From: Zootoca vivipara
Taxonomy: Eukaryota
Reading direction: 5' to 3'
Length of the DNA stretch: 64,000 bases
Assembly: GCF_963506605.1 (NCBI RefSeq)
Contig: NC_083287.1
Location: forward strand, 35,092,001-35,156,000
Shown: positions 24,459 through 35,751 of the stretch, piece by piece
How the letters are laid out: the number at the start of each line of letters is the position of its first letter
Position numbering within the stretch: position 1 is the stretch's first letter
Position numbers and translations under genes: made by a program
Notes under the pieces: generated by a model
What the model saw: only the letters and a program-made list of their open reading frames with translations
Databases searched by the model: none
What the model was told of the DNA's origin: nothing

Positions 24459-24841
24459 CTGCAAAGGAGAGAGGGAGAAATGAGCTGCAAGAAGACCAAT
24501 GGAAAAGGAGAAAGATACTGCAAGCAGATTAGAGATTTTGATAGCCACGAAAACGTGGGAATTCCCTTTTGTATAGCTTCTTGAGAAAAGCAAATATCTT
24601 CATCTCGGATTTATGACTCAGAAGAGGAAATCCTAGCTATAGGAAGCTTTTCTAGTGGATCAATTTCTCTACTCTTGCACATTGTGGGGCTGAAAGTTTT
24701 CCACGGTCCTCATATGGCACTTTTGCATTAAATGAAAGGTGCAGGCTAGAATACATTTTTTAAAATGTTACACTGCGGACTCCTGCCTAGCAGGTGGCAT
24801 CGAACCGCAAAGCTTTAAAATCTAGGAGTATGCAGGCTTAC

Positions 24842-24970
24842 CAGATGTTGATGCAGCAACAATGGCATGGAAACCTTTGGCAGTATTGCCACCATTGGAG
24901 ATGAAATTGACAGACAAAGCACTGCCAAAAGAAGTGACAGGATGTGGAATGGTGGTGCCACAGTAGCGTC
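24842..24970 (-). CDS. CUBN: CUBN exon (~35), CUB11 end: [28 protein letters not shown]...AASTS
   Basis: ttttcag acceptor, G|gtaag donor; 129 nt, phase 1-1. Confidence 0.93.
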
Positions 24971-25361
24971 CTGAAAAGACCAACATAAGATAAATTAAAT
25001 GTTTGGTAGACCTTTTGAGGGCAAGGGGTCCTGTTTCATCCATTAATCATGGGCCTGTCCTCATTTCTTTATTTTTTCTGTTTAAAGAAGCTTACTATAT
25101 TGCTCTTCAATGGAGCTTCTGGGATAGCTTCCAAAATGAAGATACAGGTGTCAAGGGCCTTACTACCTGTTATACTTATGGCATAAGAAGCCCTCACATT
25201 TGAGGGGATTAAATTCCATGTCAGGTACAGAAGAGGGGAGCACTGCACAAATTCACCCCACACCTGGTATTAAATGTCACCTATCTTCCATCCATTCCCA
25301 ACTTTAAAGGTCACAATTTTGTCTGCAAACAAGTGAATTTGCTAAAGCAATAATGATTATG

Positions 25362-25403
<42 letters not shown>
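25362..25403. repeat. (AAT)n microsatellite
   Basis: Direct reading. Confidence 0.9.
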
Positions 25404-25404
<1 letters not shown>

Positions 25405-25444
25405 AATAATAATATTGCAACAAAATAAGTAAATGCTAACATAC

Positions 25445-25558
25445 CCTGCAAAGGTGCATCATAATTATCCCCTTCTTGAATTTCTACGTAATCAGTGCTG
25501 CAATTATGCCATCTGTCTTCAGTTTCAAAGTCAGTAAATGACATTGTGACATGATTGA
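25445..25558 (-). CDS. CUBN: CUBN exon (~34), CUB11 middle: FNHVTMSFTDFETEDRWHNCSTDYVEIQEGDNYDAPLQ
   Basis: ctcaacag acceptor, G|gtatg donor; 114 nt, phase 1-1. Confidence 0.93.
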
Positions 25559-26166
25559 CTGTTGAGAGAAAGATATGTAAGGGAAAGTTTTACATTTCAC
25601 AAAAGGAGGACCTGAGTTAATGTTCACATTGAAGGCTGGCTATTTATTTATTTGATTTGATTTTTTTCTCACCAGGATAGAACCACTTAATCATATTGAG
25701 ATGGTTCAGACATGCATGAACTCCTTCTTGCCACTATTTTTATGCACAGCAATCTCCCTTCTCTTTTCCTGGTCTGGGCATATATTCACAATTCTATCTG
25801 CAAATGAATGCTAGTTTCAAAGAACTGTGGGCTCTTTTGTGCCAGCACAAGACTTGCATTTGCCCTGTTGTAATTTGAGCTTTATAGCATTCAGCACAAC
25901 CTTGAAACCTTATAGTTGGGGCACTTAGGGACAGAATGGCGAAATTGTACGTTATCTCATTTTGCCCCAGATCCTAATTTTTTTCACATTAATTCCCACT
26001 CAGAAAAAGATTTAAGTGTCCCTTGGCCATGCCCATCTACCAGGATGCAGGACTTCCTGCAAAGAGGAAAAGAAGGAATTTTGCATTGTTATCACAGATG
26101 AGGGGAGGATGTTAGTCATTCAGCCTGCTTTCCCATAAGAGAGGGATGTGTGTGTTGTTAACTTAC

Positions 26167-26283
26167 ATGGTTCCTGAGCTCGGATAATCCAACTGCAGTT
26201 CTGATTGTTTGGGTACTTGGCCGGGTACAGAGGAGAGGAAATGGCTGCACCAACTGAATCAACTTCCAAGACACTTCCACATT
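26167..26283 (-). CDS. CUBN: CUBN exon (~33), CUB11 start: ECGSVLEVDSVGAAISSPLYPAKYPNNQNCSWIIRAQEP
   Basis: ttccaaag acceptor, T|gtaag donor; 117 nt, phase 1-1. Confidence 0.93.
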
Positions 26284-26836
26284 CTTTGGAATAAAAGATA
26301 CAAATGAACATTAGTTAAGGTGTGATATAAAACTGGGCTTGGAATCATGATGAAATTAGACCTTCCTTAAAAATCTTGCAAGTACAGATGCTGACAATAT
26401 GTGGCGAGGCTGCTTTCTGGAATCTCCCCAAATCACTTCCCATAATGGTCAAATATCCACTTCCATCAGTGGTGGGCAGAAGATAGTTTGCAATCTACTG
26501 ACTTAGATTTCTAGGTACATCAGCAACTGTTTCTGACTCTTAATAGTTTGACAAAAGGTTGCTTTCCTCTGAATTAGATTGCTGAGCTAAAGAAAGCTTT
26601 GAGGGAAGCCAGGATATTGCAGCCGGGTTGTTAGCAACAATGTTTCTTTTCTTTTCTTTTAACTTACTGGGTTTTTCCTTGAAAGGTTAAGAAAGGGAGA
26701 TACAGGCTGGCATATAGATAGCAATTGTATCGTGTTGCATGCATGATGAGAACTGACCACACAATAAACACCCAGTCTGGAAGTAACCCTAGCTAGGCCA
26801 AGAATTAAAATATATTCATGACAGTGAGAAACTTGC

Positions 26837-26993
26837 CTTCAGTGAACTGAGCCCTAAAGCCTCTGAGATGGACAGTGCTGTCAGAGCGAAACCGTACAAA
26901 TATGGTATTTTGGGTGGACAGGATAGGAGAAGGTCTCTGCTGCCCACAAACTTTCCGAAGAAGTGGAGCTTCAGCATTGGAACCATCAAATAC
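26837..26993 (-). CDS. CUBN: CUBN exon (~32), CUB10 C-half: VFDGSNAEAPLLRKVCG...RGFRAQFTE; GC donor
   Basis: tatag acceptor; AAG|gcaagt non-canonical donor gives 157 nt, phase 0-1, matching the next exon. Confidence 0.88.
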
Positions 26994-27547
26994 CTATATA
27001 GCAGAGCAGTATATATGATTAAGGTTAAGAACTTCAGAACAGCATGGCTTATCTACCAAGGCGAAAATACACACTATGTGAATGTTGTAACCATAGTCTG
27101 GGCAGCAAATAAAAATAGCCAGTTACATCCGAATTGTACATGTACTGTACTAATACCAGGTTTCAGATGTGATATTTGAAATTTGTTTGTGGGGAGATTA
27201 TACAATGTAGTATCAAACAAGTGTTACCCTACACTTAATTTTCCTTATTGCAAAACGTCTCTTGGGGAAGAGGGTTTGTTTCATAGGAACTCCAAATCAG
27301 CCTTCAATGTGCATCCTGAATTTGTCAGGATGTGATTGAATCCCACGCCAAAATAGTGGCAGTCTGGAAGCTGCCAGAAATATTGCTGAAATTGAGGCTT
27401 TACCAGGTGCCATAGCTGATATGTGTTGCTATTTAGCATTTTTAGCATGGTTGAAAATTTCTAAGGGCACAGTACAGGTACAAACTGAATTCAATTGACT
27501 CTATTTTATTTTATTTTGTATTTATTTGTTTGTTAAATTTGTGTTTC

Positions 27548-27596
<49 letters not shown>

Positions 27597-27629
27597 CACA
27601 GCTGTTCACATCAATGTGGCTTCATTAGT

Positions 27630-27850
27630 CATAGCTGCCAAGTTATCCCTGTTTAGGGAAGCTTTTAATGTTTGATGGATTTCTGTATTTTAGAATTTCT
27701 GTTTTTTTGGAAGCCGCCCAGAGTGGCTGGGGGAACCCGGCCAGATGGGCGGGGTATAAATAATAAATTATTATTATTATTATTATTAAGGGATTTTCCC
27801 TTATGCTGAATAGGCTTCCTCGCGAGAAAAGGGAAAACTTGGCAGCTATG
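27630..27850. mobile_element. Short hAT MITE interrupted by an L2 3' fragment (~27647-27787)
   Basis: TIR catagctgccaagtt / aacttggcagctatg; 8-bp TSD tcattagt; same left end as the element at 16879. Confidence 0.87.
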
Positions 27851-27972
27851 TCATTAGTGTCAGATTAGTTTCTGTTTGTGACCAGTGGGCATTGACAAGG
27901 AAGGGAAGGGAACCTATGCAAAGGTTTTCACACCTTGTCAAGAGATCAATTAGGAATAGCTTAAGGATTCCA

Positions 27973-28239
27973 GGGGAAATTTATAAATGATCTTAACTGT
28001 AAGCAGTTAAAATCGTTAGTAGGATTGGAATGTCACTTATAGTTTAATGGTGAGTTTTGGATATAATGGAGATGTAAAAGATGCAGGAGGAAATGATTAA
28101 TAATAGGACCCACAAAGGAGAGGGTGGAAGCCCAGGAGATTCCTTGGAATCTTGTTTTTATTATTTATGTTTGATATGTGATTGTAACATTTTAATCTGA
28201 AAAACCAAACAAATAAATAAAAATAAGGGGGGAGAGAGA
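27973..28239 (+). mobile_element. L1-type 5'-truncated insertion
   Basis: Perfect 18-bp TSD aatagcttaaggattcca (27955-27972, 28240-28257); A-rich 3' end. Confidence 0.72.
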
Positions 28240-28717
28240 AATAGCTTAAGGATTCCAATTGGCGTGAAACTGGTTTGAAAAACAATACCCCAAACAGTAG
28301 CGTTTTATAACATACTGCAAGATGCATATGCATTTTGTAGAATGATGTGCAAACACAGATTAAAAACCCAGCAGTGGAAATGCAGTGAGTACACAGTAAG
28401 CAGCAGTGTGATCCTAGCTGAGCTCAGTTACCCCTCTGGCAATTGTCACCGAATAGGGAAAGTCAGTGGAGAATTACATCTTATTTTGTGGAATAAACCT
28501 TTTTTTTCAGAATGAACTTTATGTGGTGTGTAAGATTTTGCCACATCCTGGAACGCCACTGAAAACTGAGTTTCTTCAAGAGGCATGATAAATTGCAAAT
28601 CTCATCATGTGTGGAGCTGGTGGGTAAAAGTCACAATGGGATGAGTCAGGCCCCTTCACTATCAGCAAACTGTGACTGTCAAAATGTCATAATTTTGCAA
28701 TGCTCATTCTCTCGTCT

Positions 28718-28810
28718 CTTCTTCTTCTTCTTCTTCTTCTTCTTCTTCTTCTTCTTCTTCTTCTTCTTCTTCTTCTTCTTCTTCTTCTTCTTCTTCTTCT
28801 TCTTCTTCTT
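28718..28810. repeat. (CTT)~31 microsatellite
   Basis: Direct reading. Confidence 0.95.
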
Positions 28811-30038
28811 TGCAGGGATAGAGACAGAAGAATGAGAGAATCTGGAAGTTGGGCATAATGCACTTTTCTACAGCAACCAGATTTCCTCGCTTCCCCTAAA
28901 AGTGCCTCATGTTCTTGAGCTCATGCCCTAATCGTCTCCAAATGCTGGAAAGCCTGACCAAAGATGCCGCTTCAGATGGGATGGCTACAAAACACATGAG
29001 TGAAATGTACAGAAATTGGTACATTCAGTTTGGTGTTTTTTTAGAACTGTGCTTTCCTGGAAACAGCAAACAGTGCAATTTACCACAAATACTCCACCCA
29101 TATGCATTTTGCATAAGCATCGTTGGGTAATCAGAAACATGGATACATTATTAAGTCAGAAAAGGTCTCTCTCTTTGTGTGTGTGCCTGCATGCACACAC
29201 ATGCAGGGTGGAGAGACTGGAAGGAAAGGATAGCTACTATTGCTTAGTTTTTGGGTGAGGTCTCCTTTCTTCCCAGTCTAGCACTGGGGTGGTGGTGGTG
29301 TTTCGTGTGCCATCTCTTGTACTTCAAGAGCTGACCATTGGTTGTGAAGTTGATGGGAGTTGGAGTGCAACACCATCTGGAGGGCAACAATATTTCCTGA
29401 TGACTTGAAATATTGCTTAAAGCTTTCCAGGTTGGCCTGCATTCTATTCTCTTAGCTTATATTCCTAAATTGAAACACAACTCAAAACTAATCGGTTCCA
29501 GTTGTTGGAAGAGAATGACTCATAGTTTACTGGTATTGCAGACCACAGAGCAAATCTCAGTTTGCTCGGTACTTTTTGTGGTTGTTAGAACCTAAAACAT
29601 TATAATTTTTCCAATAAGTCTGCCAACATGTACAGTAGCTTTAGAAATGACCCTTAAAAAAACAGAAACTTTGATTTTGCTCATCAAGCAAATGACCAGG
29701 ACCATGGTATGATATTGCATTTCCAACATGCATATAACTTACATGGCTCGTATTTTGAACATTGGTACCGAGATAGAAAGTGCTATTCTTGCAAGAACAT
29801 CCAGGTGAAACTACTGCGTGTACACATGCACGTGACTCCACTAGCATCCTGGGTAGCGCCCTTGTGAATAAGTATCAGAGGAATTTCCCACAGAAATTTC
29901 TCCCCAAGCTGTTATTTGCACTCACAGCAGCTTCCCTCCTAGGCAAATAGCAGCTGGTGGTGTGTGGACAAGTTTCATTGAGACATGGGAAAGTATTTTT
30001 CTTTTTCGTTAAAAAATTAATAATCTCTCAGTACTCAC

Positions 30039-30220
30039 TGCGACATAGTCATAGTTACATGAACGATGAGATTCTATTTCAAAGTCTGTGAAGTTCAGCA
30101 GAACACGGTGGCCCCCATCGACTCGGATGACCCAAGAGCAGTCACTGCTATTGCTGTAAGGCTGAGGATAGTTGGGAGAATGGATTTCACCGCTTGGAGC
30201 TTGGAAAACTCCTCCGCAAC
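30039..30220 (-). CDS. CUBN: CUBN exon (~31), CUB10 N-half: GCGGVFQAPSGEIHSPNYP...EIESHRSCNYDYVA
   Basis: cttctag acceptor, GCA|gtgag donor; 182 nt, phase 1-0. Confidence 0.94.
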
Positions 30221-31121
30221 CTAGAAGTGAAGGTAACGGATGCCCATTGGAGAAACCTGCATATTTTACAGAGAGTTCAAATGACTATCTGCGCTACATG
30301 TTGTACGTAGTGCAATGTATCGGCAAACCCATTGACTCCAGAAATAAATGCTGTCCTGCTTATTAGGCTGAAATTGAAACAACAGTCCTAGCTTCATTAA
30401 CGGGATCCACTAATGGGCACTTTGGTGGGCATCGAAGAAGGCAATGAAAGTTTGCCCATTGTGCTGGCTGGCTGGCAAGAGGGTAGGAGTGGGATTGTGC
30501 ATGGCCTCAGTTTCTCTGGGTTACATGATGTGCAGCAGCCTCAGGACACAGCACAGGCTCTTAGACAGGGAAGTGTCTCTCCACTGCCTGGACAACTAGG
30601 TGTCTCTCCCAGCGCTGGCCTGGGGCATTCTGCTGCCTGAGGTGAACAGCGAGTTGGCGCTCCCTCCCAAGGTCCCAAGGTCCCTTCCAACTCCATCATT
30701 CTGTGAATTTAGGGGTCCAACTCGAAGCAATTCTTTGAGTTAAAAATATGCTGAAATGCTGTGCTTTGAGCTCAACCCTTGCGCATCCCATCATTCTCCG
30801 GGGCAACTGCTTATTGTCATTTTAACACATCTCTAATTACAATGATCATGGGTAAAACTTAGGGAAAAAAGAAGCAGAGGAAGAATGAGCTAGCTCCATG
30901 GCGCCACACTTGTACTAAGTATTGTTGTAGCATACTAGGAGAATTTGGAGTTCGACATAACTCTGGGGTGTTGTCTTCTACACTGCCTCTTTGGCTGCTC
31001 GCAGGCCCTATATTTAAAGAACATTTTAAGGAATTGGTATATAAATTGTTGAAAACAAATAAAATAAATAAACAAAGTTAAAGCACACGATTCCCCGCCT
31101 AAAGAATCCTGGGAACTGTAG

Positions 31122-31124
<3 letters not shown>

Positions 31125-31175
<51 letters not shown>
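31125..31175. repeat. (AC)~25 microsatellite 11 nt from a CUBN donor site
   Basis: Direct reading. Confidence 0.95.
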
Positions 31176-31178
<3 letters not shown>

Positions 31179-31186
31179 ATTCTCAC

Positions 31187-31361
31187 CTCCAGGTATCTCT
31201 TGCCAAGTGGCATTGAAGCCCCTTCCATTCAAAAATCTGTCTGCCTTGAATCGGACTGAAACTGCATTTCCAGTGCTAGAGACATGTAGAGGATTTTGTA
31301 GCGATCTGGGGGTGCACAGTTGGGCCAACCTGGGAGAAGATAAGTCAGGCCCACCGTAGAT
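31187..31361 (-). CDS. CUBN: CUBN exon (~30), CUB9 C-half: IYGGPDLSSPRLAQLC...GRGFNATWQEIPG
   Basis: tttctag acceptor, G|gtgag donor; 175 nt, phase 0-1. Confidence 0.94.
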
Positions 31362-31435
31362 CTAGAAAGAGAATAGAAAGAGCAGAAGCAAGTCTTGCTT
31401 TTTAAAGAGGAAGCAACAACTATCAAAAGCAACTA

Positions 31436-31624
31436 CAGTCATACCTCGGTTTAAGTACGCCTCGGTTTGAGTATTTTCAGTTTAAGTACTCCGTGGACCC
31501 ATCTGGAACGGATTAATCCACTTTCCATTTACTTTCAATGGGAAAGTTCGCTTCAGGTTAAGTACGCTTCAGTTTAAGTACAGACTTCCGGAACCAACTG
31601 TGTTTGTAAACCGAGGTACCACTG
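31436..31624. mobile_element. Tc1/mariner MITE, same family as 63551-63887
   Basis: ta|cagtcatacctcggttta ... taaaccgaggtaccactg; shared internal 'ggacccatctggaacggattaatccactttccat'. Confidence 0.82.
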
Positions 31625-33211
31625 TGTCCCATTAAGAAAGTAGATTTAACATTTCATAAGAATAATAAAAACTGGAAGTCAAAATAAATGTACGTAATTG
31701 AATGAGGCTAAATGACATTCCTCTGAATATTCCAGCCGCCCTGGGCCATCCATCATTTGTGCAGAGCTCATGTGTTCTCCTACATCCTGCAAATCATGTA
31801 GAGGATTTTGTAACAATCCATTTATAGCCAAACCTCAATCCTGTGCCGACTTACCTGAGAATAAGTCACATTCAATTCAATATAGACACATGCCCTGACA
31901 GTCTCCCACCTCTAGTCCCACTTTTGATGCCCTTGAATAGGCTTTAGAAGATTTCCCCATAAAGATGCGGAAAGACAAGGGCCACAAAAAGTGTGTATCA
32001 GGGTACATTCAGCCTCTAGGCCTTGGGGTGATGCTGGTCTGCCCTACATGGCAGGTCAGTTATGAAGAAACTTGTCAGGTTCACAGCTTTAATATTTCTG
32101 TAACATTTCAGTAGGAACAGTTAAATGCCGTGGATTAATGTATAATGCATCACCTGCTAAAGGTCTCAGATTAACATATTTTCCGAGCTAAGCAAAGATT
32201 TTTAAGCTCTCCAAGGCCTTTTAACAACTTTTAACATTTTGTAATATTAAACATTTTTGTTATATTAAACTTGACATCCCTATTTATGCCTGCTTTATTG
32301 CTACTGGTCCATGTTTTAGTGGTAGCTGGCCAGGTTTCAGCTCTTTTTAGCTTTTTTAATATGAGCTGCATGGCTTTTATTGTCTCGTTTTATTTGGGAT
32401 CTTTATGTTGTGTCTGTTTTTGCGCTATTCTATGTTACTTTCGTTTAAAAAAAGCTAATTGTTGTATGTCGCCTAGAGATCTCATGTTATGAGATGCTGG
32501 ACAAATGCAAATAATAAATAAATCATGCAATGTTTTGAAATTAATATTTTTAGCTCTGATTCTAGGAGTTGCCTGGATATTTTTTTTTACACTTATAGCC
32601 CCATCCTGGATGGGCTTCCTGATTGTGTCATGGAAGATTGTGTCATGGGCAAGAGAAAGGAGCGGGAACATTGGGAGTGAGGCTAAAAGTGTGGCTCTGA
32701 TCCAAAGTGATGGCAATGCTTTACATGCGTTGGGAAAGAAAGGTTCCCAGAAGCTTCTAAGTGTGTTCATTGGGGCCATATAGAAGCCCCCATTGGACCT
32801 TTGTGAATGTCTGAGAGGAGCTGGCAAGCCTGGGAACATGAGTGGGTGGCGTTTTCATGCGTGCCCCTGTGTTCTCTCAACACTTTTAACCCCCGCAAGT
32901 TCAGACAAATGCTCCAAGGGAACTATTGCAGAGATCACCACCACACACTTAAAGCACATTCAACACATATTTAAAGCATATGACTTCCCCAACAGAATCT
33001 TGGGAAGTGTAGTTTATTAAGGGTGCTGGGAATTGGTAGTTCTGTAGAAAGTGGAGTTCTTGGTGAAGTCCAGAAATAAAGAGTAAATTGCAAGAACTCG
33101 GGCCAGGAGGAAGATGAATTTCAAGTAAGTCTTCAAAAGGTTTTATTTATGTAATGATGAATGCAAATAGGAATCATTTCCAGTATGATAGTGAGGCAAA
33201 TAAAAATAAAT

Positions 33212-33253
33212 TCCAGGACAAGGCCCTGTTTCGACAATTCTTCATCAGCAATG
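33212..33253 (-). ncRNA. Minimal hammerhead ribozyme motif (minus-strand copy, sense to CUBN pre-mRNA)
   Basis: Reverse complement cattg-CTGATGA-agaattgtc-GAAA-cagggccttg-TC-ctgga; identical core, weaker helix I. Confidence 0.6.
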
Positions 33254-33285
33254 TTTTAATGGTCAGAGTGTACCAAGTATGTTTG

Positions 33286-33327
33286 CCTTGCTGATGAAGA
33301 ATTGTCGAAACAGGGCCTTGTCCTGGG
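33286..33327 (+). ncRNA. Minimal type I hammerhead ribozyme motif (plus-strand copy)
   Basis: ccttg-CTGATGA-agaattgtc-GAAA-cagggccttg-TC-ctggg: intact core, 2-bp helix II, self-complementary helix III, GUC site at 33320-33322, imperfect helix I. Confidence 0.7.
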
Positions 33328-34634
33328 ATTTTTTCACTGGAATTTATTTTTATTTGCCTCACTATCATACTGGAATGAATTCCTATTTGAATTCATCATT
33401 ACATAAATAAAACCCTTTGAAGACTTACTTGAAATTCATCTTCCTCCTGGCCCGAGTTCTTGCAATTTACTGTTTATTTCGGGAATTGGTAGTTTGGCAA
33501 GGGGAGAAGCTACTGTTCCTGGGATTCTTTAAGGGAAGTTTTGTGCTTTAAACACACTTTGCATGTGCTTTAAGCTTATGGCGTGCATCTGCCCATTGGT
33601 AATCAAATTATCCTCCAGCATAGGAGTAGCCAAAGTAGTACCCTCGAGATACTACTGAACTTCATTTCCCATTGTCCTTGACCAGTAGCCATTCTAGCTG
33701 AGGCTGATGGGAGTTGCAGTCCCACCATATCTTGAAGGCACTATGTTGAGTACTCCTGCCCTAACTGCTATAGTTTGTGGCTGTTTGTGAACATAAATAC
33801 AGTACAAAGAGATTATGATGATAACAACTGTCTCTTACTTAGGATTATACTCACACAGAAAATCAGGAAAAACCCAACTCAGCATTCTCATTTTCATAAT
33901 TTAATAAACCTTGTACCCCTGATATTGTGGCAATAATTTGAGAACTGCTGCAAACACCTCTCAATTGTCCATTTAGTCAGCTGCATATTTAAACCCCCAA
34001 AGGGATTTTCTTTCCAACTCCTAAGCTAAGGTTCATGAACAGATGTTTTGCAAAGTGAATCAGTGCCATCAATCCTAGATATAGCTCAACAATATTCCTT
34101 TTGATTCATTCTATTTGAATGTAACTGTCACAATGAGATGTGCTCCACCCTGCCATGCCTTTCCTATACGAATTATAGAAAATAACATTCCCGTGTTTTC
34201 CCAAGGAAAATACTCAGTGGAAAGAACAGGGCAGCCCCTCCAATTCCATTGCTTTGAATAATGGAGAATGTAAAATAATAAGCCGTCACTGAACCATGAC
34301 ATTCCACACACCCCACAAAATGTATACAGATAATCTAGTGGCTCAAAGGTCAGAATATATGCTTTCATTTGAAAGAGTAGCAGCATTTTGGCTTCTCGAC
34401 TAGAGAAAGGGCATGTGATTCGAACTTATAATCACTCCTCTGTCCTATCGGTTCTTGAAACATGGTGTGGCTATTACAGAAATGAATGGAACTGCTGTTA
34501 AAAGGACATCTTTATTAAATAGTTGGCCTTCAGTTTGGGGAGGGCAATGGGGGTGCGGGGGCAGAGCCAACCTGCTCGTCTCAGCACCACCCCTGTCCCA
34601 GTATGGAACTTCCATATTTCTATAAAGCCTATTA

Positions 34635-34943
34635 CAGTGGTGCCTCGACTTACGAATTTAATCCATTCCGAAGGCACCTTCGTAAGTCAAAAAATCTATA
34701 AGCCGAAAAGCGCCATTGGAAACGCGATTTCCCATAGGAATGCATTGGAAATAATGCATTGGAAATGGAAAAATTCGTAAGTCGAAGCAACCCCATCTAA
34801 AAATTTGTAAGTCGAAAAAACCCCATCTAAAACCGCCGTGGTTTCCGTTCGGATGTCGAGAAATTCGTAAGCGTGCGGCCATTTGCCCCATTCGTAAGTG
34901 GAAAATTCGGATGTCGAGTCATTCATAAGTCCAGGTACCACTG
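34635..34943. mobile_element. Tc1/mariner MITE
   Basis: ta|cagtggtgcctcgactta ... taagtccaggtaccactg|ta. Confidence 0.85.
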
Positions 34944-35462
34944 TATATAAGGCACCTCCCATGTTCTGCACTATCATCACAGCCAATCAGGGCATGGTGG
35001 GCAGCGTTATACAATGGGTGAAGGAAGGGCTTGTTATGATGCCAAGCTTTCTTGATCACCTTAGAAGGTTCCGGAGAAAGCGAACTTGGACACCTGAATC
35101 CTTTATGTGTACAGATCATCAAATGCCTGCATACGCTCCAACATTTCTCAGCTGAAAATCGGGACATGTGTCACGCTGCCACACAAGTCAGCTGGCTTGT
35201 GTGGAAGCACAGCACCAAAAGACATGTGCGCTGCTGCATGAATCTACCTGGCAGCTGCTTGCTCCCTTCCTCCACCTGTGTCACACCTTAGGCTACCATG
35301 ACAGTGGTGGCGGCGGCTTGGGTGAAAGCAGAGAGGGGCTGGCAAGTGTGTTGCATGTATCTGCCACCTCCACTTCAGCGGGGAACTGCCTCCCCTGTGC
35401 GTGAGGTTCCTACTGTACAAGGGTTCCAATTACTAGTAGTAATACTTCTACTACTAGTAAAA

Positions 35463-35751
35463 GGGATGCGGGTGGCACTGTGGTCTAAACCACAGAGCCT
35501 AGGGCTTGCTGATCAGAAGGTTGGCGGTTCGAATCCCCATGATGGGGTGAGCTCCCATTGCTCGGTCCCATCTCCTGCCAACCTAGCAGTTCAAAAGCAC
35601 AAAGTGCAAGTAGATAAATAGGTACCGCTGCAGCGGGAAGGTAAAAGGCGTTTCCGTGCACTGCTCTGGTTCGCCAGAAGCGGCTTTGTCATGCTGGCCA
35701 CATGACCTGGAAGCTGTACGCCGGCTCCCTTGGCCAATAATGTGAGATGAG
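35463..35751 (+). mobile_element. Sauria SINE (Squam1/POM-type), 3'-truncated
   Basis: gggatgcgggtggcactgtggtctaaaccacagagcc...ggttcgaatccc...gcaagtagataaataggtacc...atgctggccacatgacc. Confidence 0.85.

Larger units (their letters stand above)
33042..33480. mobile_element. Penelope-like element remnant with inverted pseudo-LTRs, inserted in an older palindromic MITE (~32930-33590)
   Basis: Arms 33073-33251 and 33288-33480 are inverted copies; 14-bp TSD gggaattggtagtt (33028-33041, 33481-33494); hammerhead core in each arm. Confidence 0.78.

Noticed and set aside
28593-28835. Homopolymer ORFs (poly-F, -L, -I, -N, -Y across the window)
   Set aside because: Translations of trinucleotide microsatellites.
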